Source: Eledone cirrhosa
Taxonomy: Eukaryota
Assembly (NCBI GenBank): GCA_964016885.1
Contig: OZ024741.1
Span: 107,942,001-108,006,000, forward strand
DNA length: 64,000 bases
Reading direction: 5' to 3'
Below, piece by piece: positions 26,454-42,872 of this stretch (within the stretch, counting starts at the first letter, position 1; every line of letters starts with the position of its first letter). The notes below the pieces were generated by a model. It did no database searches, was not told the DNA's origin, and worked only from the letters and a program-made list of their open reading frames with translations. The translations under genes and the position numbers were made by a program.

Positions 26454-28261
26454 TCTTCTCCGAGAAAACTAAAAACCTATACGAAGTTAACAATAATTTA
26501 CACGACCAACTATTAATAGATAATATCACCGCTAAATACCAAATAGCTAATATAAATACGTACCATAATATAAATAAGGAAGCTAAAGAATTAACTGTTT
26601 CTTTAAAAATAGATAATAGGACAGAAAAACTTGCTAAACGTAATGCGTACATCACCCTTAAAGATCACAAACCCGACTTTATTAATCGTCCTAGTTGTAG
26701 ATTAATCAACCCTGCTAAGATTGATATTGGTCTTGCCAGCCAAAAAAAATTAAATAATATAAATACACACATTAGAAGTAAGTCTAAATTACTCCAATGG
26801 ATAAATAGCTCTTCCGTAGTACATTGGTTTAATAATATTAAAAACAAAAATAGTTCTAGATTCACCCAATTTGACATTGTAGATTTCTACCCATCTATCA
26901 CTCAGACCCTTTTCGCGAAAGCTTTAAATTTCGCTAGAGGGTTTACTAATATCTCCTATATTGAAGACAATGTCATCTTGCACGCTAGAAACTCTCTACT
27001 CTTTACTGATAATGACACTTGGGTAAAAATATCTAACCCAGAGAGCCCATTCGATGTCTCAATGGGCTCTTATGACAGTGCTGATGTTTGTGATTTGGTC
27101 GGCCTATTCCTCCTACATAGACTTAAAGAAAAATTTCCTAACCATATTTTTGGGCTTTATCGCGACGATGGTCTAATACTTTCCCATACCACCATAGACC
27201 ATAACTTAGATAGATTAAGGAAAGACTTAATAAAAACCTTCGCTAGTTTTAATCTTAAAATTACTATTGACACTAACCTTTCCAATGTAGATTTCCTAGA
27301 TATAAACCTAGATTTGCCTACTGATTCTTATAAACCATACCATAAACCTAATGAAAACTTAAAATATATAAATAAAGGCTCTTGCCATCCTCCTATAGTT
27401 TTTAAAAACCTTATCTCTAATATTAGCCGTAGGATCTCCACCCTCTCTTCCTCAGAAGCTATTTTTAATAAGGCATCCCCTACTATAATAAAGCCCTCCA
27501 AAATAGCGGTTTTAGCGAACCGATTAAATACATACCCAACTATACTAACTCTATTAAACATAAAAACAGGAAAAGAAAAATAATCTGGTTCACACCCCCC
27601 TACTCTCTAGCAGTTAAAACTAATGTAGGCAAAAAATTCCTAGAGCTCCTAGATAAACATTTCCCTAGAACACATAGATACTATAAGATCTTTAACAGAA
27701 ACTGTGTCAAAATTAGCTATTCCTGCGATCCCCCTATTAAGTCCTATATCATCAACAAAAAATCACCTAGAGAAAATCAAACTTGCTCCTGTAGAATCAA
27801 AAGTGAATGCCCATTACAAGGTAAATGCAACACCAAAGCCATTGTATATGCGGCTAAAGTGACAACTATCAGCAACAACCATCCAGCCACCAGTGAACGA
27901 TATGTGGGTATGACGCAAGACAAATTCAAAACGCGTTATTACTCACATGTCGCATCCTTTCGACATCCAGAAAAAAGATTTACAACAGCTCTGGCTAGCA
28001 GAATTTGGGATTTGAAAGACCAATGCATCCAATATAAATTGGATTGGTCAATTTTGAACCAATCTAAAGAATATGCAACAATATGCAAGAAAATGCACGC
28101 TCTGCATAAATGAAAAATATTGGATCTTGCAAAATCTTAAATCACCAAAGACCTGCCTGAACATAAAGACGCAAATTTTCACCAGTTGTCCACACATGAA
28201 ATCACACCTGCTTTCCAACTCATATAAACTTAACACACTTTCAGATACTTATCCTTTCTGA
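26453..28261 (+). pseudogene. 5'-truncated inverted PLE ORF with intact YRDD motif
   Basis: 384-aa ORF containing FDIVDFYPSI and GLYRDDGL, followed by frameshifted endonuclease. Confidence 0.9.
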
Positions 28262-28469
28262 TTTACTTTCATTTTTATCCTTATTATTAATTTCATTTAT
28301 TTTTATTTTTATTTTTTTTATTTTTGCGCAGCCAATCTTACAATTTTATAATTTTATATTTGTACTTACTTATCCACAAGTTTTTTACACCCTGTATCCA
28401 TGTGGCTGAACGCCTTAATGTGTGTATACTTTCTATATATGTACATGAGCGCCTACGTATGTGCGCGCG

Positions 28470-28512
<43 letters not shown>

Positions 28513-29372
28513 ATGTGTAAGTGTCTTTATATCCGTGTTTTTACATCTAGGTTTTATGTTTTGTTTCTTTATTCTTCTCCCCCTTTTTTACATCCTCATT
28601 TTTATGCGTGTGCATGCAAACAGGTCAATATGCGTGAGTGTAAGTATGTGTGTGTGTGTGTGTATGTGTACGTTTCGAACGTATGGATGTGTAAATGTGC
28701 GTGTGTATATGAGCATGTATATTTTTGCGTTTCTTTTGTGAGATATACGTGTATGTGTATGCGTGTACCTTGTTTGTCTTCTTTTCTTAAATTTTTTCTT
28801 TCTAAATTATTGTTCCATTTTTATAAATATATCGAGATTGATACTTTCTTTAATTATTACACTCCCTTACCTCTTTTACTTCCGCATATAAGTGTACGTG
28901 TGTGTAGGTGTGTTTATGCGCGCGCCTTCATATTCTTATGATGTATCTATTCAGTCTGTAGAATACAGATACACAGATACATTTGCCCTAAATTATATAT
29001 TTACGCACACTTTTTCACTATACGTATACGTATGTGCATACACATATATGCACATCTGTGAGCGTATATACATACATATACACACACCTAACTATATTTC
29101 TTGTAAGATTTTATATATTTCTTATTCTAATTCATTTGTCTATATTTTTTTTGCTTTTCTTGATGAGACTTTCCAAGTATTTACCCATGTTTTATATTGC
29201 CTCGTCTTTACGAACGAATGAAGACGTTTCTTTCGTATTCGCCTCATTCGAGAAACCTCTGGTAATGAGGAAATTATATTGTATTGATTTTTATACATAA
29301 AATTTTGCTCTGGTACTTACATAGAGCACTCTTCACTTCTATGACTTTTCTGTTTTCAACGGAAATTTCAAT

Positions 29373-29784
<412 letters not shown>

Positions 29785-29815
29785 AATATATATGTATATA
29801 TATATATATATATAT

Positions 29816-30237
29816 ATAAAATATTAAAAAAATAATGAATAAAACAATGAAACAGTTCCTTATATTAAACAAAAAAAGTTCATTATTTGTTTAATATAAG
29901 GAACTGTTTCATTGTTTTATTCATTATTTTTTTAATATTTTATCTTGACTCTGTATTCCGTTTATCTTTCACCGAAAGTGATTTTTCATTGCATCTCTTC
30001 TTTCCATGATATCCGGATTACATTGAGTTCTTCATACGGATTGGACACTACCGTAAACTCTTGGTAGATTTATCTACATATATATATATATATTTAGTTT
30101 CTGAATTTGTTTAGCAAGATTCTTTATCTGAAAACGTGTGTTGAAACCGATATTGTTATACTTTGGGAGGGTCATGTTGCCAATAAGAGACTGGTGCGTG
30201 TGTTTCTTATTGGCAACATGACCCCCTCCCAAAGTAT

Positions 30238-30281
<44 letters not shown>

Positions 30282-30565
30282 GCACACACACACATACACA
30301 TATATATATATATATATATATACAAATATATATGTGTTCATATATATATATACAAATATATATGTGTTCATATATATATATATATATCAGTATTTTGACT
30401 AAAGAAATTAAAGAAATTATTTAGCCTGATAGTGGGGTTAAGAACCCTCGCAGAAATGGAAAAAGATGCGTATTGACGTACATGTACGTCAATACGCATC
30501 TTTTTCCATTTCTCCGAGGGTTCTATCAGGCTAAATAATTTCTTTAATTTCTTTAGTCAAAATAC
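29816..30565. repeat. Three short fold-back repeats (29816-29943, 30150-30245, 30390-30565)
   Basis: Each has visible reverse-complementary arms and abuts (TA)n. Confidence 0.85.
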
Positions 30566-31513
30566 GACGATAGCTTACATTTCTAATAATTTCAAACCCT
30601 CTCGCTGTTTCGAAAATATTCTTAATATATAAATATATATATATATTTAAAAATTATTTATACGCGAACGTGAAGGAACGGGTCATGGGTGGTCTCATAT
30701 ATATATATTCTTTACTCTGGGGATAAACAGCAGATTAGACATGTTTTATTGAGGTTTATGTTTTATTCATGTTATCAGGTGACGTAATCCCTATCGATTA
30801 GTCAATATATTGATAATAACCTGGTTAATTTCACACTTTGAAACAATCGTAAAGCAATGAAACAATTAAGCAATAAACATAATCCTTTTTGTTTTCATTG
30901 TTCAACAAATGTACTCTCACACTCACACACTCATATATATATATATATGTATATATGTGTGTGTGGGGGTGGGTGGGGGTGCATAATGTAACAAATTAGT
31001 TATATACATCAATTTTCCTTCAACCGAAGGTTGAATACTTCAAAGGCTTACTACGGCGATAATGTGTTTAAGAAAGATACTTCTCTAAACATAGCGCCAG
31101 GAGCTCATGTGTGAATACGAAAACATCGTAATGAAAGAAAAAAACTAGAACATTGTCGTATATTAAATAGAATATATGTGTATACGTATTTACGTAAACA
31201 AAGTCTGTGAAAGAATGACAACAATGTGTGGCTTTAGAATGCATCCTGTGTATTACTATAAAATTCCACAATGCATAATTGAATATATAATTACGTAATT
31301 ACGTATATACTGCTAGTAAACATGCATTGGCATGTATACACGTAGTAATTACGTATATATATATATATATATACAGCCACACATATATATTTGTATTGTA
31401 TATATATATACACACACACATATATACGGTTCTTATATATTTGATATATATTTATCCTTATCGAGCCCTCTTTGTATTTTAGTCTTCAAATGTATTATTA
31501 TTACTATTATTAT

Positions 31514-31557
<44 letters not shown>

Positions 31558-31561
31558 TTAC

Positions 31562-32155
31562 TTTTGAGACTCGAAACCGATTCGGTAAAGGTAACCATAG
31601 TAAGTACAGTGAATTTTTTGAAATTTATTTTGAAACTTTATCTTATTTGCTAAACCTTGATTATATATGTTCTGGCTCGTTAATTTATTAACCTGCCATT
31701 GAACCACATTGGCATATCGTTGGATAATACATGTGTCCCTATTCGTTTTTTGTGTGTAGGGATATATACTTTATTATTATCCATCTCCCCCTTGTCGGGA
31801 TGAAATTTGGACGTTTTGACTACTGCTATTTCTAGTGGTAATAGTTTCACCTCCCTTCCTCTGCCTTCTATCTTTGCACACGGCACTGGACAGAATTGCT
31901 TCTACATCATTCACTCTCATCTCTTGAACAATTTTGAATAGCGCCAGTTCGTAATTTGAACTCGGGAATTTTATATTCTCCGAGTGAAAAGAACGTTCTG
32001 ACGAGATTTTACCCTTTCAATGGAAGCCCGCAAGGACTATCCATTTAATTTTGAGACTCGAAACCGATTCGGTAAAGGTAACCATAGTAAGTACAATGAA
32101 TTTTTTGAAATTTATTTTGAAACTTTTTCTTATTTGCTAAACCTTGATTATATAT
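31562..32155 (+). mobile_element. Mini-element with ~107 bp terminal direct repeats beginning in a hammerhead 3' half
   Basis: TTTTGAGACTC-GAAA-CCGATTCGGTA-AAGGT at 31562 and 32049 (period 487). The 5' core is degenerate. Confidence 0.6.
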
Positions 32156-32167
32156 ATATATATATAT

Positions 32168-33482
32168 AAATTCAAAATATTAACAAAAATAGAACTTCTT
32201 GTGATCAAGTATATTTTATTATACATATTTCGGAGTTACTGAGCTATTTCAACAGTACGTCCTCATCAGATAAAATAAGATGATGCATGACATACCCTGA
32301 CATAGTAATGGTTAACATCCTGTCATGGTAGTGAGTAAGATATGACAAAACTCAATATTTATATACCTTAAGATTGAGACATGAAAAAACTTACATATAA
32401 TACATATAATAAAGAGGGTGTGTGTAAGAAAGCTTAAAAATACATAACAGAAATTTACATAACTGTTAGAGATTCAAATAATTATTGAAGAAAGAGGAAA
32501 GAAAAAAAGAAAGACAGAGGGAAAACAGATGAGGGGAAAATATAGCAAGTAGAGGTATAGAGAGCAAAAGAGAATTGATCAAGGAAAGAGAGACAAAGAG
32601 AAATAATTATAGGGAGGGAAGAATTAGATATATCTATACATAACTATACATTTGAGCATAGCTATGCCATAGAGTAAACTCGAAACTTTGAATTATTGAA
32701 TTATCTAGAAGTATTCATCAATCTAAATCCTAAATATAACTGGGTGTAATTAATTTCCTTAGTTAATTAGTTATATATACTATCCAAACGTATCCGGTTG
32801 ACCGTTAACTTTCAAATCATTTAAGTTAGTTCAGAGTAATGAATTAATCAAAGTGTATAATATTTCAGGCTATAAAAGTTTATAAATATCTGTATTAATA
32901 TTAAAGTATACTATCATATTTAAATTATAAAATCATATTTTATGAATTCATATTTAAAATATTTGCAAACATGATATTTTCATCCTCACGAAGGTAATTC
33001 TTATTAGATTTTATTATAACATATTTAATTATTTATATTATATTGAAGAATATTTGCATTATATAATTTATAAGATAATTACAGTTATAATTTAAAAAAT
33101 TAAGATGAACAATTAGAATGCCATAAAGCATCAAAAGGCCTTATAATTAAACTTTAAAAAAGTTTATTATTAAATTAGATATATGCATTTGTCTAAATAT
33201 AAACAAAGATTATATTGTCTAAAGATTAACATGATACCTATCTGTTATATATAACATAATATAATACAATAAATAAATTACTTAAGGTATAAAAATATTG
33301 AGTTTTGTCATATCTTACTCACTACCATGACTGATCTTAACCATCTACTATGTCAGGGTATGTCATGCATCATCTTATTTTATCTGATGAGGACGTACTG
33401 TTGAAGTTAGCTCACTACCTCTGAAATATGTATAATAAAATATACTTGATCACAAGAAGTCTATTTTTGATAAAATTTTGAA

Positions 33483-33483
<1 letters not shown>
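32168..33483. mobile_element. Inverted-repeat PLE-like remnant with HHR-like motif in each arm (32214-32275 on minus)
   Basis: Arms 32168-32372 and 33281-33483. TTTTAT-CTGATGA...GAAA...TATA-ATAAAA; stem II is weak. Confidence 0.6.
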
Positions 33484-33580
<97 letters not shown>

Positions 33581-33607
33581 AGTGTGTATATATATACAAT
33601 ACAAATA

Positions 33608-33638
<31 letters not shown>

Positions 33639-33973
33639 GTAACTACTACGTGTATACATGCCAATGCATGTTTACTAGCAGTATATACGCAATTACGTGA
33701 TTATATATTCATTTATGCATTCTAAAGTCACGCATTGTTGTCATTCTTTCACAGACTTTGTTTATGTAAATACGTATATACATATATTCTAATTAATATA
33801 CGACAATGTTCTAGATTTTTTCTTTCATTACGATGTATTCGTATTCACACATGAGCTCCTGGCGCTATGTTTAGAGAAGCATCTTTCTTAAACACATTAT
33901 CGCCGTAGTAAGCCTTTGAAGTATTCAACCTTCGGTTGAAGGAAAATTGATGTATATAACTAATTTGTTACAT

Positions 33974-34067
<94 letters not shown>

Positions 34068-34410
34068 AGAAAGAAGGTGTGGTAACATACGAGGTGGACC
34101 ATAACGCACCAGAGTACTCGATACTTAGGGTAGTAGAGTGGGTAATAGGAAAAGAGTCATACGTATTTTGCAGATAGCCAGTTGTATTATTTTATATGAG
34201 ACATAATTAAAATACATCTCCCTTTCCAAATAATTGTTTCATTATGAGTTTTCTACAAATTGGGAAAATAATGTCCAGGTTATGTAGAAGCCTACACATA
34301 GTCCGTAGGGATATATGTAGGTGGGCACTTATAAATCATCAGTGGATGCCGGTCAAACATCGATATAGAAAAAATCCTTACCGATATTAATGTTCAGCGA
34401 TGGTGCCCTT

Positions 34411-34472
<62 letters not shown>

Positions 34473-34956
34473 AGGTCGGTGTCTGTGAATTTTATACTCT
34501 AGTCCCAGGCACACACACGTATACACACTCTTTGTAACCTTTCCTATTTTGCAGGAAATATGATACATATGACTTAATATTCAGTCACCAAATTCGAGGT
34601 AGATACAATAATGCTGTATTCGATTCAATGAGTTCACTCATTATAATTTCATTCAACAACACTACCATCTCTCACTCTTTTCTATTTTCCTTCTGTTTCT
34701 CCTTTCAATCTACTCTCTCCCAAACTCTATCTTTTTCTCTCTATCTTTCTCAAAACACCGTATCTCGGGAACCCGTGCTCCGAATAACACAAAACTTATT
34801 TTATTCCATTTGACCATTTGTATTCCCATTTCAGGGGCCACTTCCTTGTAACGTATTTTACCACTATGCGCCGTTTTGGCTGCATTAAATTACAGACAAG
34901 TATACTGAAGCAATATTATAGAAATAAATAAATAAATATATATATATATATATATA

Positions 34957-35007
<51 letters not shown>

Positions 35008-35408
35008 AAAATACTGCAGGTAGCACATGGTAACATGTAATAAAATAAGTCCCTCATCAGTGATTTGCCGAAGATCACAGATATTTCATTGCATTAAAAA
35101 TCATATATCTCACTTCGGTGCAATAATAACCAAAATAAGTTATTAGGACAATTAAAACGCGTAAAGCGAGTGAGACAGGAGAACAACAGAAAATATAGCA
35201 TACCTTAGGGGAGAAACAAGCTTCAAAAATTATTCGTTTAGCATAAGCTAGGTGAATATATGAGAGCTTAGAGAATAGTACCAACACGAACGAAAGCTAT
35301 TGAGCAGAGAGAGAAAAAATAGCGTTCGTGAGTGCAGGATGAAATGAAGAGAAGAGGGAGAAAAACAGTGAGTGAGTGAAAGTGTGAGGAAGAGTTAACG
35401 GACAAGAC

Positions 35409-35445
<37 letters not shown>

Positions 35446-35447
<2 letters not shown>

Positions 35448-35590
35448 AAAATGAGATTTAAAAAAAAACGATATGTCCTACTCGAGTGAAAGTATAAGGA
35501 AAAGAAATCGAAAACTGCGAAACCGGTAAAGGAAAAAAATAAATATACTTAAAAATACTCCAGTCGTATTTTCGATTTCTTTTCCTTATA
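35446..35590. mobile_element. Fold-back fragment of the 57.1-57.3 kb Neptune-like element end
   Basis: AACTGCGAAACCGGTAAAGG and the following tail match 57164-57260; the tail is inverted upstream. Confidence 0.75.
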
Positions 35591-35788
35591 AATATATATA
35601 TATATATAAAGAGAGAAAGAGGGAGGGAGGGTTGATAGAATCCCGACTGCGGCACCAAACTGTTTTGTTTTGAGTGTTCAGCAACTCGCCATGCATTTCT
35701 CCATGAATTGAATACGCCTATGATTACTAGTTTCCGCTACCCTGCATTCACTGACTCTCTCTGTCTCTCCCTCCCTGTCTCTTACCCA

Positions 35789-35839
<51 letters not shown>

Positions 35840-35864
35840 CCTCTCTCTCTCTCTCTCTCTATTC

Positions 35865-35910
<46 letters not shown>

Positions 35911-36578
35911 GATAATAATAAACACCAAATCCAGAGGGGACTCGATACGAGTTATATATACATATATATGCAAGTATACATTTATTAATATACAGACATA
36001 TATACACAGACAAGTACAGATCTATATATGTGTGCTTGTTTGTATGTGTATGGTTATATCTATATCTATCTATATGTATATATATACATATGTATGTATG
36101 TGTGTGTGAACATATATATTAATCTATGTAACATCTACACATATTCGGTTTATTTCGTCTTATTATCATCAAAGTTACCAGTAATGCACATGTATGAGAG
36201 GGAATAATAGAAGCGAAGGGAGTTTTAAGTAGGATGATGGATTATTTCATGTAACATGAATCACACTCAGTCATAATCCGGCTGCTTTTTAGTGAAAACT
36301 AATCGATTACAACTACTCGAAACTGTCTCGTAGAATACTTATGTCATTGACAAAATCTTCGTTGTCGTATATTTAAAATGGATTTATTTCTAATACCATT
36401 CTTAAACTAACGACGTTTGGCAGCTTGTCTATCTGGTATTATTATTACTCCTAAATGAGTTAACTTTTAAGACGCCCTTTCTAATTTAAAAGTTTTATAC
36501 CCTAAACATACATACACACACACTTATATCTATGTATATATATATACACATGAATATACATATATATATATACATATA

Positions 36579-38792
<2,214 letters not shown>

Positions 38793-38802
38793 CATACATA
38801 CT

Positions 38803-38858
<56 letters not shown>

Positions 38859-38891
38859 CATACTTTATATATATATACATACATACATACT

Positions 38892-38932
<41 letters not shown>

Positions 38933-38933
<1 letters not shown>

Positions 38934-39446
38934 AAAGATCGTTAAAAGTGTTCCATGTATTTTATTATGCGCATTTCAAAAACAAATATCATCATGCGAT
39001 GACATTTGCGTTTTCATCAGATAAAATAGGGAGACATGATATGAAGGTTAAAAAACACTTGTGAATAGTGCAGTTTTAAATCAACATATGAAAAATAGTT
39101 TAAGATTGATGTGTGATATTGGGAAAAAATAGGGTGGGTAGGGTGGAAAGGATGAAAAAGAGGAGGAGTTGAGAGTAAAAAATGGAGGGGGAGGAGTATA
39201 ATAAGGAAGGATGAGATAGGAGGAGAGATGTGTGATAGAAAGAGAGAGATAGCCTATTTTATCTGATGAAAATGCAAATGTTATCGCATGATGATATTTG
39301 TTTTTGAAATGCGCATAATAAAATACATGTAACTCTTTTAACCATCTTTTGATCTTATATTATTTATACTCCAGTCCTACAAACTGTAGAGTGCTACTTA
39401 TCCGATATCTGCATTGCTTTATTGTACTACAATAAAACTCACCTCC

Positions 39447-39449
<3 letters not shown>
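38933..39449. mobile_element. Fold-back PLE end (family C) with two hammerheads
   Basis: HHRs at 38958-39028 (-) and 39255-39325 (+): TATTTTAT-CTGATGA-stem II-GAAA-TGCGCATA-ATAAAATA. Confidence 0.8.
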
Positions 39450-39538
<89 letters not shown>

Positions 39539-39545
39539 CACATTT

Positions 39546-39611
<66 letters not shown>

Positions 39612-39613
<2 letters not shown>

Positions 39614-39851
39614 CGAAGGAGTTGTGGTATGGAACCAGATGGACCATAACGCACCAGAGTACTCAATACTTAGGGTAGTAGAATGGGTAATAGGAGAAAG
39701 TATGACCCCGACAACTACAATCTTCCCATATAAGGAAGTACCCCTTGAAAAGTTCGGCTCTTTATTTACCAGACTAAAAAAATCTCTTACTTTAGTCCAG
39801 AAATAGCCGTCGAAACGGCTTGAGCTCTGCCGTCGGGGTCATACTTTCTCC
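39612..39851. mobile_element. Family A fold-back with a complete U3-A8 hammerhead (39740-39839 +)
   Basis: ACCCC-TTGAAAA-GTTCGGCT...AGCCGTC-GAAA-CGGC..GCCGTC-GGGGT; inverted tail at 39612-39712. Confidence 0.8.
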
Positions 39852-39856
39852 ATATA

Positions 39857-39910
<54 letters not shown>

Positions 39911-39952
39911 ACATACATATATATATAAACATATATAGATTAATATACATAA

Positions 39953-39983
<31 letters not shown>

Positions 39984-40023
39984 AATACACATATGTATAT
40001 ATATCTATGTTTGTTTGTGTATG

Positions 40024-40079
<56 letters not shown>

Positions 40080-40544
40080 TGTTCGTTCGTGTGTATTTGC
40101 GTGTGTAAAGAAACAGAATTTCTAGCAAATAATGTTTAGACTGCCTTGGCAAAAAAATGCCTGTCTCACAACAAGACGCACGAAAATGGATTGCTAAATC
40201 TGGAATTCCAGGAATAGTAATTAGTATAAGGTAATACAGTCTCTCGTTAATTTCTTTCTTCGGAGCGCATATGGAAATTTTCAGATTAAGGGGGCTTTCC
40301 TTATCAATAATCACAATCCTTTCATAAATATTGATCAAGAGCTGCGTGGCTAATGTACCAATTACACTCTGTCCATATGGCAACAGTCTTCTCTATATAA
40401 TTGAAGTACGTAGTTAGTCGACTGATAACGTGTTTTATATTCAACATACCCATATCTTATGAAACGAAAACAAACAAAATTGAAAGACTTCGTAATACAA
40501 TCTTAAACGATATAGATATGAAAGATACATTGAAAAGTGAATGT

Positions 40545-40910
40545 TAATAATGGTTTCTACATTTGGCACAAGGCCAGCAATTTGAAGTAAATGGGAAAAG
40601 TTGATTAAATTGATCCCAGTGCGTATTTGATACTATATTTATGACCCTGTAAGGATGAAAGGAAAAGCTAAGTTCGGCGGAATTTGAACTCAGATCGTAA
40701 ATAATGTTAAAAATAATATTGTTTCTACTTTTGGCACACGACCAGTAATTTACCCCCAGTGCAGTACTGGTACTTTATTTTATCGACCCCGTAAGGATGA
40801 AAGGAAAAGTTAACCTCAGCGGGATTTGAACTCAGAACGCAAAGGGCCATATCTCCATGCTGCAAAGCATGGTATCTGGCGATCTACCGATACTGCCAAA
40901 CCACCACCAT
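40545..40910 (-). mobile_element. Two tandem CORE-like SINEs
   Basis: Both carry GACCC(C/T)GTAAGGATGAAAGG...ATTTGAACTCAGA. Confidence 0.8.
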
Positions 40911-41650
40911 GTTAATAATAATAAAAAAAAAGAATCAGCGATGCTTGACACAGTCACGGAAATCTAAAAACTAGTGTTTTATGTTTACAATTACTTGGAG
41001 GTATACAACAGGTATACAACGGACTGCAATGCAGGGAAAAAGCACCATGTGAGTAAGATCCACCTAATAGACTGGACCGAATGCAATAAATGCTATAAAT
41101 ACACTAGCAATCTTGTTTGGAACATTTAAAGAGATAGATACGAAGATTAGAAAAAATACTAATAAGCGTTGTTTTCTGGTCGCCTATGGCGTTATCCAGT
41201 TGGTAAAGAGGATGAAAACCGGTGGCACTTCATACGTATAAATATAAGGTCTCAAATTTAGTCATAGGCACATTAATTTTAGGGAGAGAGGAAAGTCTAT
41301 TAGGTAGACATCAGTATTGACTGGTACTTTATTTATCGATCTCAAAACAGTGTATGGGAAAGCTAAACGTTTTTAAATCAGGTCCATATCAAGAAAAGAT
41401 AAAAACCAAAGATAATAGTTTGACGCTCAGAAGAAATGAAAAATATCTTAAACTGACATTTCGAAAAGTATGTGGATAATAGAGAAAAATATGGAATAGT
41501 AAGAGAAAATTAAAGGAATGGATGGAGTGAGAGATCGCGAGTAGTCAATTTTTTAAAGTATGTAAGTGAGTGAATGTTTTTTTTTTGCATATGTGCTATA
41601 TATGTCTATACATGATATATAACTCCCAATTCACAGATTTAACCCCCCCC

Positions 41651-41696
<46 letters not shown>

Positions 41697-41716
41697 ACAT
41701 ATATATATATATATAC

Positions 41717-41880
41717 ATGGACACACTAGAAGAGGAAGACCAAGGTTAACATATGTTGATGCCCTAAGGACGGACACTGGTCTGTTGGAGATGCGGGATA
41801 TGGCAGCGATAATGAGGGACAGAGACCGCTGGAGAGAACTCGTCCATGGATCTCGGGAATTTTACCCGCCTTAGATAGAG
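41717..41880 (+). mobile_element. RTE LINE 3' fragment
   Basis: Near-identical to 2420-2580. Confidence 0.85.
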
Positions 41881-42613
41881 ATATATATATAAGTGTGTGT
41901 ATGAATATGTATATTTTCACTCTGACGTTCCTCTGAGTACCTTAGATTCGTTTATTGCAATGTCTCATGCGGTGAAATAGGAAAAATGAGGAATTGCCTG
42001 ACTAGTGTCGGATTCAAGCATGAGCTTTGGATAAAACCAATTGTTTGAATAATCTGTTATATGAATTCATTAATTTTTGTCTCCTTTTCTATATTCAAAC
42101 TTTTTAGTGCAAGAACATGTGTATAATGATACACCATTTAGTATTATGTCACATTAAGCAAGCTTTCGAATTTAACAAAATAGAACAGTAGACTTGTTCT
42201 GAAATTTTATTTTTCACTAGCTGCATCCGTATGAAATGTCAAATATATTTGAAGATCTCTTAGAATCTCTTTAGCTAACGGCTACGTAAATATACGTTCA
42301 GTTGGGCTATAGATAGTTATGATCTACAGAGATTTGTATAGATGAGTTTGATCGTGACTTTATTCAGCAATATACTTATAACAATATTAGGTCGTAGCAG
42401 TGTAACATGAATTTAAACCTTTTCAATGCAATTCTAATATTCTATAAAGAAAGTTGAAATGTCAAAATAGAAAGAATATCACATGACTTCGGGGTATATC
42501 TCTTCGGCGAACTATATATATTTGAAACATTAATCACGTTTCTGCATTTTAGTGAATATATATATATATGCACGAATTTACATTTGTGTTTGTTCGCGTG
42601 CATGTGTGTGTGT

Positions 42614-42700
<87 letters not shown>

Positions 42701-42872
42701 TGTGCGTGTGTGTGTGCGCGCGTGCGTGTGCATGTGTCCGTTAGAATTTGTGTGCATATATATTTGTAGTCTATTTCATGAAACAAGTATATTAACAATG
42801 AACTGCATCTATTATCAAGACAATCATAAAGGTGAACAGAACATCTTTTTAAATATATATATATATATATGT

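Larger units (their letters stand above)
20464..29374. mobile_element. Penelope-like element complex insertion (partial tandem on minus strand plus 5'-truncated inverted copy); possibly Hydra-like clade
   Basis: The 3' UTR/pLTR is present three times (20464-21750, 24070-25450, 28260-29374). RT and GIY-YIG ORFs are present; head-to-head junction at ~26453. Confidence 0.9.
30984..33975. repeat. Long inverted repeat (arms ~30984-31423 and ~33565-33975) enclosing nested insertions
   Basis: TAATGTAACAAATTAGTTATATACATC... and its reverse complement ending ...CTAATTTGTTACATTA. Confidence 0.85.

Noticed and set aside
26131-26655. 174-aa minus-strand ORF
   Set aside because: It is a chimera across the PLE inversion junction, with an antisense N-terminal half.
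33905-33975. HHR-like TTGAAGT-hairpin-GAAA in the long inverted repeat arms
   Set aside because: The core deviates in both arms and no convincing stem I forms.
39940-40383. 147-aa minus-strand ORF
   Set aside because: The C-terminal part is microsatellite and the remainder shows no recognisable homology.
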